Source of the DNA: Candidatus Kapaibacterium sp. | Lineage (GTDB): Bacteria > Bacteroidota > Ignavibacteria > Kapaibacteriales > Kapaibacteriaceae | Assembly: GCA_044224925.1 (NCBI GenBank) | Contig: JBGAJM010000002.1 | Span: 78,332-142,331, forward strand | Reading direction: 5' to 3' | Length of the DNA: 64,000 nucleotides | Part shown: in pieces, positions 27,942 to 37,500 of the stretch | Layout: each line of letters starts with the position of its first letter | Numbering within the stretch: the stretch's first letter is position 1 | The notes under the pieces: model-generated | What the model was told of the DNA's origin: nothing | The model's input: the letters and a program-made list of their open reading frames with translations, nothing else | Database searches by the model: none | Program-made: the position numbers and the translations under genes

Positions 27942-29913
27942 GACACGGCCATTGATCGGAAGGGCGGATGCGTGCGACCGGATCCTACAAGCTTGCGTGC
28001 GCACCACGAAGGGAAGTGGTGATGTGTTGATCGTGCGCGCCGAGCCCGGCATGGGAAAGAGTGCACTGCTCTCGTGGGTGCAGGATGCATGCAAGGCAAC
28101 GCTTCCGGACCTTACCGTACTGCGTGTGGACTGTCGCCCCCCGATCGGGTCGTTCCATGCCGGCGGCATCCAGCCACTTCAACCATTCGGTCATGCGATC
28201 GAGCAGATGTATCTCCATAGCGGCGCTGCAGCAAAGAAGCGGCTTGCGTTGAACATCGGCATGTCGGTGCTTGCATCCATCCCCATCGCCGGCGATCTGT
28301 TCTATGCCGTGAAGGCCATCTCGCAGGACGTGAGTGAATACAAACGCGAGACGTCGGCCCTTCAGCAAAAGAAGCGCGCGGCCGTTGACGAATGTATCGA
28401 GACGTTGACATCCATTGCGGAGCGGCAGCCCTATGTGTTGCTCGTTGACGATGGACATTGGGCCGACAGTCAGAGCGTTGAAGTGCTCCGCGCTTTGGTG
28501 GACCTCTCGCACCGACTTCCCTTGTTGCTTGTGTGGACGGTCACGTCCACCGTTGCACAGCGCATCAATCCAACGCTCACATCACTGATGCACACGCCGG
28601 CGATCTCCGACCACATCATCGGTCTGCAATCGCTATCGCTGGAAGACAGCACGGCCATTGTGCACGAGCTGGCTCCAGGTCATGACGTTGCAGCGCCGAT
28701 CCTGGCACGTCTGCACGACCGAACCGCCGGCATCCCCGGCATCCTTGTCGAGTACGTGAAGTATCTCGAGCGCACCGGTGATTTCTCCGACGATCTTGCC
28801 GTGACGATCGGTGAACATCCGAACACCGATGTTGTACTGCAGGAGATCCCCGAAGAAGACGCCGTGATCCTCTCGTTGTGTGCGGCCGAAGGACAGGAGT
28901 TCACGGCCTTCATGATCTCGTCGCTCATGAACACGGATGTGCTCACGACCGTGAGGGAACTGCGGAGACTTCAGCAGCAGACCGGACTGATCAAGAGCCT
29001 GGGCATGCGCACACGATATGGCGTGAAGACCACCACCTATGAATTCTCACAGTCGTTCGCCTATACCTACTTCCTGCATCGTCCGGAATACGAGGAACGC
29101 AAGGCTGTGCATCAGCGCATCACCGATGTATTGCAGAAGGAATTCACGCAAACACCGCACGACGAGATGCGATCGCAGCTCGCCGTCTTCATCGCCGCAC
29201 ACAGTGCCGAAGCCGAAGACCTTGCCACAACGGAGCGTATGCTGGCCATGTCGGCAGACCATGCACAAAGCGTTGGCGCAGACGATATACGCGGATTCAT
29301 CATCCGCGATCTTCTGCCGAGATATGGCGGTGGTTCCGAGAGCGACGCTGCCATGTCGGTAGATGTCACAACCGTCGAAATCTCCGATGGACGCGATGGT
29401 GGCGGAACACTCTCAACAACCATGAGCTTTGCCGATCGCATTCGCGTTCTCAGCAACATGCTCATCGATGGACGGGCCTTTGACGTTGCCGAGCATTGCT
29501 CTGCCATTCTCGTCGATACGAACGTTTCGTTCACGACGTCGGAGCGCATCACGTTGCTTTGTCTTGGCGCACGGGCCTTTGCGGAACGCGATGCCTTGAT
29601 GGATGCCGAGACGAACCTGCAGCGCGCCGAGCAGCTTGCGGCCGGAAGTCCGCGAGAACTTTGCACGATCTTGAATGTTCGTGCAACGATCCAGCAACGC
29701 CAGGGCGATCTCGAAGCTGCACGAGAACTTCTCTTCGTGGCCGCACGTCACGCCGAGTCGCTCCCAATGCCAAGTCGACTCCTGACTCTCTCGAACATCG
29801 TCTTGCTTCTTCGCGCCATGAACGATCCCGGCGCCGAACGCTATGAGCGCGTTGTGCGAAAACTCACCACTGAACTTTCATGGAACGCGTTGCGTGCCGA
29901 TCTGAGGTTGTAA
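27934..29913 (+). CDS. AAA_16-like STAND ATPase with helical/TPR-like C-terminus (paralog of 20435-22717)
   Basis: Walker A EPGMGKSALL and Walker B VLLVDDGHWADSQS. It shares the inter-Walker landmarks (DC..PI, QPF, IPIAGD) with the other copy. The C-terminus is TPR-like. Confidence 0.7.
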   Translation: MTETRPLIGRADACDRILQACVRTTKGSGDVLIVRAEPGMGKSALLSWVQDACKATLPDLTVLRVDCRPPIGSFHAGGIQPLQPFGHAIEQMYLHSGAAAKKRLALNIGMSVLASIPIAGDLFYAVKAISQDVSEYKRETSALQQKKRAAVDECIETLTSIAERQPYVLLVDDGHWADSQSVEVLRALVDLSHRLPLLLVWTVTSTVAQRINPTLTSLMHTPAISDHIIGLQSLSLEDSTAIVHELAPGHDVAAPILARLHDRTAGIPGILVEYVKYLERTGDFSDDLAVTIGEHPNTDVVLQEIPEEDAVILSLCAAEGQEFTAFMISSLMNTDVLTTVRELRRLQQQTGLIKSLGMRTRYGVKTTTYEFSQSFAYTYFLHRPEYEERKAVHQRITDVLQKEFTQTPHDEMRSQLAVFIAAHSAEAEDLATTERMLAMSADHAQSVGADDIRGFIIRDLLPRYGGGSESDAAMSVDVTTVEISDGRDGGGTLSTTMSFADRIRVLSNMLIDGRAFDVAEHCSAILVDTNVSFTTSERITLLCLGARAFAERDALMDAETNLQRAEQLAAGSPRELCTILNVRATIQQRQGDLEAARELLFVAARHAESLPMPSRLLTLSNIVLLLRAMNDPGAERYERVVRKLTTELSWNALRADLRL

Positions 29914-32741
29914 TGCAGCTTGCCTTGATCCTTCTCGTCCTTGCCACCCTTCCCACCTTCGCACAGCTCGGCAATCCGCATGAACGGCTGATGGAGCGTG
30001 CGCATCCGACTCCTGTTGCGAATCCGGAATATGAAGGACTCGAATGGCATCCTCCATTCGTTGTGCAAGGCACATTCCCCTCCTACTTCTTGAATGTGGA
30101 TCTCATCGGAGAGGAGAAGGACCAATCGCCAACGCAGAACGAGTCGTCCATTGCCATCGACCCGTTGAACCCGAAACGTCTGATCGCATCGGCCGTGGAT
30201 TATCGTGGCAACTCATCCACATGGGTGTACAATAGCACCGATGGTGGACGGACGTGGAAGAACACCAATCTTGGATTCGCTCGACCGGACTGGCAGAGCA
30301 CGAACGATCCCAGTGTGGCCTTCGACCGATCCGGTCGCGGCTATCTGTGCTATGGCGGCTTCAACCGCACCACACCTTCGTTGGGTGAGAACGGCATCTT
30401 CGTTTCCATCACCACCGATGGTGGCAACACCTGGGGGCCGCGCCACGTACCGGTGATCCAGCACGTGGGACAGCAAACACCCGACTCTGCATTCGAAGAC
30501 AAGTACTACGTCCATCCCGACACAGCATCGGCCTCTCCATTCCGAAACAGAGTGTACATACCGTGGAAGCGCGTGATCAATCGCGATTCGTCGACGCAGA
30601 TCGTGATCTCACATAGCACCGATCTCGGCCTCACGTGGTCTGTACCGGTGAATGTGAGCGATCGATTCCTCGGTGTGAGCGAGGACACCACGTACGGACA
30701 GAGCTTCCCGCTCGCTCGCACGTCGCCGGATGGAGCGGTGCATCTTGTATGGAACAGCGGAACAGAGAAAGCGATACGCTATGCGCGAAGTACGGATGGT
30801 GGTGTGAGCTTCACTGCACCTGCCATCATTCAGCGGTACCGACCGTATGCTGTGGCCACCACCATCAACGGCACAACGAATCACCGTCTCAAGGGTACCG
30901 TTCGCGCAGAGACCTATCCGTCACTCGCCATCGACAACACCAACGGTCCGCACCGTGGCTGGCTCTATCTCGTATGGAGTGCCGATGGTGTGCCCAACAT
31001 CTACTTCTCGCGTTCAAGCGATGGTGGAACGTCATGGTCGACGCCGACCATTGTGCACTCCGACACAACGAACGATCAGTTCTGGCCATGGCTGTGTGTG
31101 GATCCGGCAACGGGCGATGTGGCCGTGATGTATTCCGACTCGCGTGATGATGCCGCGAACATTCTCGTGAACACGTATGTGAGCTTGAGTACGGATGGCG
31201 GCACAACGTGGACGGACCGACGGGTGGGTGATGATCTGAATGACATCCGACGCAATCCCTTCGGCGGCGTGTTCTCCGGCGATTACAGCGGCTGCGACAT
31301 GCTGAACGGCATGATCTATCCGTCGTGGGTGGACATGCGCAACACCTACACGACACCTGCCGATGACGATGTGTACACGGCCGTGATCAACACGCGTGCG
31401 CCGGAAGCACCGACGACGTTCGTTGCACGCGCACTACCGGATGATGCTACCAAGGCCAACCTTCAATGGTCGCCCGTGACGAAGCGCTCTTTCGGTCAAG
31501 CACTTGATGGTTCGATGTTGTCGTTCGATCTGTATCGCGGCACCACGAAACTTGCAACACTTCCGGGGTCGACAACGACCTACATTGACACCGGCCTTCA
31601 ACCCTACACCGAGTATCGATACACGTTGGTGGCCATTGCAGGAACCGACACCGCATCGCCTCGTCATGCATCTGTCACCTCCGGCGGCTCTCGCCAACCT
31701 GCAGCACCGGTATTGCACTCGGCAACGAACGACATCAACCGCGCCCTTGCCTCCGTGACCCTTCCTACGCTTCGTGCCGATTCCCTCACGCCTCTTTCCG
31801 ATCTCGCAGCATTGGTGTGGTACTCGGATAGCACGGTCGTCGCGACAGTACCGCTTGTAGCATCGGATACAGGCACAACGCAGGAATTTGGCGTTGCGCT
31901 CCCACGTGGGTGGCATCTGCTCAGCGCTGCGGCGCGCACGACCACCGGAGCAATGAGTGTACGCTCGAATGCGATCCGACTCTTCGTTGGTTCGCTCGAC
32001 GGATACACGGAACGGTTCGATTCGATTCCGCGATTCTGGGTGCTTCGTGGTTCGTGGAGCAGAGAAACGGCGTTCGCAAAGAGTGTGCCCGGGGCCTATA
32101 CGGAGTCGCCGAGCGGACCGTATCGTTCATCGGCTCGCGACACGGTGATCATCTATCCAACAACGGTGCACGGACCCGATGGCGGCGTGCGACTTACGTT
32201 CTGGCATGCGGCCTTCATCGATCCGTCCGACACGGCCTTTGTCGAGTATGCCACGTCCGTCGACTCGCCAACGTGGACCACACTTGGTGCCTACAACGCG
32301 GGCAGCAACGCTCGGTGGTCCGATACAACAAAGAGCGACGATGCATGGCGGTTCGAGAACATCGTGTTCTCAACGCCGCGGATCACCGATACGATCTATG
32401 CACGCCTTCGCTTCCGTTCCAATGCGGCCAGGAATTCCGATGGCTGGTTTGTCGACGATATCTCGTTCGAGCAGACAACGTCGGTGGACGAAACCACAGA
32501 TCTGCAACGAAGCGTCTATCCGCAGCCGGCCTCTACCTCATGCACACTTGGACTGCTCACGTCCGACGTTGTGATCGATGCCGATCTTCTGACGCCATCG
32601 GGCGCATCCGTTGGTGTTGCATGGAAGCAGGAACAGACTTCGTTGGTGATCGACGTGCGCTCATGTGCACCGGGCATCTATGCTGTGCATGCAACAACGA
32701 CCAAGGGCATCATCCGACAGATGATCGTCGTCGCGCGTTGA
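29913..32741 (+). CDS. secreted Asp-box (BNR) beta-propeller, sialidase-like, with T9SS C-terminal sorting domain
   Basis: Signal peptide MQLALILLVLATLPTFAQ and six SxDxGxTW/F boxes (STDGGRTW, TTDGGNTW, STDLGLTW, STDGGVSF, SSDGGTSW, STDGGTTW). The C-terminus ...SVYPQPASTSCTL...GIYAV...VVAR is CTD-like. The ATG shares one nt with the upstream TAA. Confidence 0.75.
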   Translation: MQLALILLVLATLPTFAQLGNPHERLMERAHPTPVANPEYEGLEWHPPFVVQGTFPSYFLNVDLIGEEKDQSPTQNESSIAIDPLNPKRLIASAVDYRGNSSTWVYNSTDGGRTWKNTNLGFARPDWQSTNDPSVAFDRSGRGYLCYGGFNRTTPSLGENGIFVSITTDGGNTWGPRHVPVIQHVGQQTPDSAFEDKYYVHPDTASASPFRNRVYIPWKRVINRDSSTQIVISHSTDLGLTWSVPVNVSDRFLGVSEDTTYGQSFPLARTSPDGAVHLVWNSGTEKAIRYARSTDGGVSFTAPAIIQRYRPYAVATTINGTTNHRLKGTVRAETYPSLAIDNTNGPHRGWLYLVWSADGVPNIYFSRSSDGGTSWSTPTIVHSDTTNDQFWPWLCVDPATGDVAVMYSDSRDDAANILVNTYVSLSTDGGTTWTDRRVGDDLNDIRRNPFGGVFSGDYSGCDMLNGMIYPSWVDMRNTYTTPADDDVYTAVINTRAPEAPTTFVARALPDDATKANLQWSPVTKRSFGQALDGSMLSFDLYRGTTKLATLPGSTTTYIDTGLQPYTEYRYTLVAIAGTDTASPRHASVTSGGSRQPAAPVLHSATNDINRALASVTLPTLRADSLTPLSDLAALVWYSDSTVVATVPLVASDTGTTQEFGVALPRGWHLLSAAARTTTGAMSVRSNAIRLFVGSLDGYTERFDSIPRFWVLRGSWSRETAFAKSVPGAYTESPSGPYRSSARDTVIIYPTTVHGPDGGVRLTFWHAAFIDPSDTAFVEYATSVDSPTWTTLGAYNAGSNARWSDTTKSDDAWRFENIVFSTPRITDTIYARLRFRSNAARNSDGWFVDDISFEQTTSVDETTDLQRSVYPQPASTSCTLGLLTSDVVIDADLLTPSGASVGVAWKQEQTSLVIDVRSCAPGIYAVHATTTKGIIRQMIVVAR

Positions 32742-33773
32742 TCACTCTCCGGCGCGAAGCGTGAACGTGATCGTGGTGCCAGCACCTTGTTCGCTCTCGA
32801 CGTGCACCGTTGACTGATGTGCTTCAAGGATGTGCTTGACAATGGCCAATCCCAGTCCCGTTCCCCCAACGGCGCGTGAACGGTCTTTGTCCACGCGATA
32901 GAATCGTTCGAAGATGCGTGCAACCTGATCTTTCGGAATTCCGATTCCTGTGTCGGCGATGCGCACGATCACATCGTCGCCTTGCCGCCTTGCCGACACG
33001 ACCACTCGACCATTCGGTACGTTGTACTTGATCGCATTATCGATCAGGTTCGTGAGCACCTGCGTGAGTCGCTCCTTATCTCCGTACACCATCACATCAT
33101 CGTGCATGGATTCATCCAGTTGCACGTGCACGGAACGTTGTGTAGCGCGGATCTCCATGGTCTGCACAAGGTCCTGCAACACCGACGCGATATTGAAATA
33201 CCGAAAACTCAGTCGAAGCTCACCGGATTCGATGCGCGAGATATCGATCAGATCGCTGAGCAACGCATTCAAGCGCATTGCATTCGAATACGCCTTCTCG
33301 AGAAAGGGACGGCTCACATCCGGATCTTCCAGCGCTCCATCGAGCAGTGTTTCGAGATAGCCTTGCACACTGAAGATCGGCGTGCGGAGTTCATGCGAGA
33401 CGTTGGCAACGAACTCACTGCGAACACGCTCGAGTCGGCGCAGTTCGCTGATATCCGTGCTTGCCTTCTCCGCCATGCGGTTGATGGCCGTGGCCATGCC
33501 GAGCACCTCTTCAGAGGCCGACGCTGGAATGATGATGCGCTCGGAGGTCGCACCTTCGGCAATGGCCGTCGTGATCTCGCGAACATCATGCAACGGTTGG
33601 ACGACCGATCTGCGAAGGAGGGCGGCAAGGAGGAAGGAAGCGGTCACAATGGTCACGACCACAACGAGGAATGTCTGCGTCCGATCGGTGAGCGTCCACA
33701 TGGACAAGGACACGACTCCGATCACCACGAACACCCACGTCCACACGATGGTAGCTACGGAAGGATGTTTCAC
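32742..33773 (-). CDS. two-component sensor histidine kinase (HAMP-HisKA-HATPase)
   Basis: Two N-terminal TM helices separated by only about 8 residues, H-box SHELRTPI, and N/G boxes (DNAIKYN, DTGIGI, GGTGLGLAI). The start codon is GTG. Confidence 0.85.
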   Translation of the reverse strand: MKHPSVATIVWTWVFVVIGVVSLSMWTLTDRTQTFLVVVVTIVTASFLLAALLRRSVVQPLHDVREITTAIAEGATSERIIIPASASEEVLGMATAINRMAEKASTDISELRRLERVRSEFVANVSHELRTPIFSVQGYLETLLDGALEDPDVSRPFLEKAYSNAMRLNALLSDLIDISRIESGELRLSFRYFNIASVLQDLVQTMEIRATQRSVHVQLDESMHDDVMVYGDKERLTQVLTNLIDNAIKYNVPNGRVVVSARRQGDDVIVRIADTGIGIPKDQVARIFERFYRVDKDRSRAVGGTGLGLAIVKHILEAHQSTVHVESEQGAGTTITFTLRAGE

Positions 33774-33782
33774 GAGTGGAAT

Positions 33783-34484
33783 TTACTCGTGTTCGCGGAA
33801 TCGATAGCCAACACCTTTTACAGTTTCGATCCAGGCGCCGTATTTGCCCAGTTTCTCGCGGATCTTGGAAACGTGCACGTCGACGGTTCGATCGACCACA
33901 AAGACGGACTCACCCCAGATCCGACGCAGCAAGGATTCGCGTGTGAAGACCTTGCCGCTGTTCGACGCAAGGAAGGCAAGAAGTTCGAATTCCTTCTTTG
34001 GGAAGAAGCTCTCGCGAGAATCGATGCGGACCGTATAGTTCTGGCGATTGATCTCGATCGAACCGATGCGCATCACTTCGGGAGCGGCGATCGTCTCCGT
34101 CCGCACTTTCTCATTCCCACGTCGGAGGATCGATTTGGCACGTGCGATCAACACGCGGGGTGAGATCGGCTTCTGGATATAGTCGTCGGCACCCAGTTCC
34201 AGTCCGAGGATCTGGTCGATCTCGCCGGCCTTGGCCGTAAGGAACATGATGCTCACCGACGCCGTGGCCTCGTCCTTGCGCAAGGTGCGACACACTTCGA
34301 AGCCATCCATGCCGGGCATCATCACGTCGAGGATGATCAGATCCGGGAGCACTTTTCTGGCAACTTCTACGGCCTGGGTACCGTTGGCGGCCGTATAGAC
34401 CTTGAAGCCCTCTTTGGAGAGGTTGTATGAGATCAGGTCCAGAATGTCCTGCTCATCGTCGACCACGAGGATCTTTGTTTCCAT
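33783..34484 (-). CDS. response regulator transcription factor, OmpR/PhoB family
   Basis: 233 aa from METKILVVDDEQDI, with receiver Asp in LIILDVMMPGMDG and a winged-helix C-terminus ending ...IETVKGVGYRF. Confidence 0.9.
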   Translation of the reverse strand: METKILVVDDEQDILDLISYNLSKEGFKVYTAANGTQAVEVARKVLPDLIILDVMMPGMDGFEVCRTLRKDEATASVSIMFLTAKAGEIDQILGLELGADDYIQKPISPRVLIARAKSILRRGNEKVRTETIAAPEVMRIGSIEINRQNYTVRIDSRESFFPKKEFELLAFLASNSGKVFTRESLLRRIWGESVFVVDRTVDVHVSKIREKLGKYGAWIETVKGVGYRFREHE

Positions 34485-34559
34485 GTCCAAAATTACGCCC
34501 TCTTGACATGGCGTGAACGATGTATGGGCTTTAAAAATTGGTAACTTAAGACCACTGAC

Positions 34560-37500
34560 ATGGTTTGGCCGACCCTCCCATCGCGTCCTTGCCACCTTGC
34601 TCGCTGTACCGCCTGTTCACTTGCGTGGCTCTTGTTCGTGTTCATCACGATGGGCACGGTACTGCGCTCCCAGACCGAGACCACGAACTGGTACTTTGGG
34701 GATCTGGCCGGCATCACCTTCCGCAACGGCGTTGCCGAATCACTCTCGGACGGAATGGTCAGCACCAACGAGGGCAGTGCCGCCATCTCGGATCCTACCA
34801 CCGGCGACCTGCTCTTCTACACCGATGGCGTGACGGTCTACAACAGACTTCACGAAGTGATGGTGGGTGGAACCGGACTCAACGGCGACCCATCGACGAG
34901 TCAAAGTGCCATCATTGTTCCGCAGCCCGGTAATCCGTTCGTCTTCTACATCTTCAATCCTGCACCGATCACGTCGGCACAATTGAATGGCCGTTGCTTC
35001 TGTTTGTGGATGAGCGTGGTCGACCTTCGCAAACAAGGTGGCTATGGAGAGGTTGTTCGGAAGAACGAGCAACTCACCACGGACATCACGGAACACATCA
35101 CAGCGACGAAAGATTGTGCCGGTGATGGCTACTGGATCGTCGTCCACAGCAAGGTAAGCAGACACTTCTACTCCTATCACCTAACGCGCGACCGCCTCGA
35201 CCCAACACCCGTGATCAGCGATGCGGGAGACCCCACGTTGAGCGTCCGCGATGCGGGACAGATGCATATCTCGCCGGACTCGCGCAAACTTGTGCTCACG
35301 TCGGCAGCAGGCAACTCCCAAGTGTTCGAGTTCGACTATGCCACGGGCATGGTCTACAACGGCACCACGCTGTTCCCTGCAAGCATTGGCGGCTCACACT
35401 ACGGTGCAGCATTCTCGCAAGACTCGCGCAAGCTCTACATCGCCGTGTCGAATCAGGATGACACGATGCCGGCAATGGTCTACCAGTTCACGTTGGATCA
35501 ACTTCGATCGATCGACATCGTTGCATCACGCAAAGTGGCGGCTCGGTTGTCAGGCACCTTCTCGTGGACACCGTTGCAATTGGCACTCGACGGAAGGATC
35601 TATATCTCAAGAGCGGGCAGAAGCTTCCTGTCGTGCATCTCTTCCCCGCAGAACGAGGTGGACTCGTGCGGATTCATCGACACGGCCGTCGTCCTCACGG
35701 GACAGTGCCGATACGGCCTTCCCAACATGATCGGTAGCATGCTGCGTCCACCGGATGCCGTGTTGCGAGATTGCAAGGCACCGCAGGCCAACTTCTCGGT
35801 CGATACGATCTGCGCCGGATCGTGTGCGCAATTCCAAGACAAGAGCATTGGCACGATCGACACCTGGGAATGGTTGTTCGACAATGCGATCCCGTCGGTA
35901 TCAGCACAAAAGGACCCTGGCGCTATCTGCTATGCCCGTGCCGGCACCCATGCCGCCTATCTGATCGTGAAGAATGCCTACGGGGCCGACACCGTATTGA
36001 AGTACATCGTCGTGAAAGAGCAACCAGCGATCACGATCGATCCTGCACCGGTGATCTGTGCAGGAACATCGGTCACCTTGCAAGCACGTGGTGGAGTGAA
36101 GTATTCGTGGTCCCCATCCGTTGGCGTCCAGGGCTCCGAAACGGCAACTCCCACTGTTGCGCCGACGGTGACAACGACGTATGTGGTGACCGGACTTGGA
36201 GCCAATGGCTGCTCCGATACGGCAAGTGTGGTCGTTCGCGTGGCATCGCCGCACGGCGGTCCGGACGTGACCATTTGCGGCGGAGGGTCCGTCCGCATGC
36301 GCGCCTCCGGGGCAACGTCGTATGAATGGTCACCGCGTGCCGGACTCTCCAATGCCTTCGTAGCGGACCCGGTGGCATCCCCATCCACGACCACCGTTTA
36401 CACTGTTACGATGACGGATGGCACGTGCGTCGTCGTTGATACTGTTGTGGTCACCGTTGCATCGACGCTCGTTGTGACCATCGAAGGTCAGCGAGAGATC
36501 TGTGAAGGCGATGCCACGTCGATCTCTGTTCAGGGCGGATCGAGCATCGTATGGCAAAAGGCGGCGGGGATCAGCGACACGTCGTCATTCACACCGGTGT
36601 TCGATCCGGTCACGACCACCACCTATCACTTCACGGTCTCGTCGGGATCGTGCCTTCTGTCGGACTCGGTGACCATCACTGTTCATCCTCTTCCAACGCT
36701 CTCTGTTGCAGGATCGATCACGATCTGTCCGGGCGACTCCACGACGATCACGGCCACCACGGATCCCACAACGTCGATCGTGTGGCGTCCATCGACCGGC
36801 TTGAGCGACTCCACATCGACGGCACCAACGGCGGCTCCATCGTCGACAACACTGTACCGCGCCTATGCACGAACACCACAGGGCTGCATGCGTGTTGATT
36901 CCGTGTTGGTGCGCATCGAGCCGATCGCATTGGTCAGCGCGGGTCCGGACAAATCGATCTGCGCGGGCGGCAGTGTTCAGATCTCGGGAACAGGTGTTGC
37001 GTCGACGTATCGATGGTCTCCGATCGCGGGACTGAGCGATCCCACATCACTCTCGCCAACGGCATCTCCCTTCGTGACCACTACCTACGTGCTCACAGCA
37101 CAGACAGGATCGTGTGTGGTGACCGACTCCGTAACGGTCTTTGTATCGACCATCTCGATCGATCTTCGTGCGGCCGACACGATCTGTCGAGGATCCGGTG
37201 TAGAGCTCAAGGCGCAGGGCGGCGTGCGGTATGTGTGGACGCCAACGATCGGACTCTCCGATCCGACGATCGCCAATCCGATCGCATCGCCGAACACGAC
37301 AACCACCTACACAGTGCGGGCGACCGACCAGTTCGACTGCTCCGCCGAAAGGTCCACCACGGTCTACGTGAATGGCAACACATCGATCAAGCTTCGGTTA
37401 GGTAGCGTGGTGGCAGGGGCAGGTTCCGATGATGCATCGATGCTCATCATCGCAGAGACCGTCGACGCACAACTCCCTCTCCGTATCGATTCGCTGCATG

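Noticed and set aside
32742-34484. Naming the two-component pair phoR/phoB.
   Set aside because: The catalytic core resembles PhoR-type kinases. However, the pair is 32 kb from pstB-phoU, I could not identify a PAS domain by eye, and OmpR-family members cannot be told apart by eye. I kept generic names.
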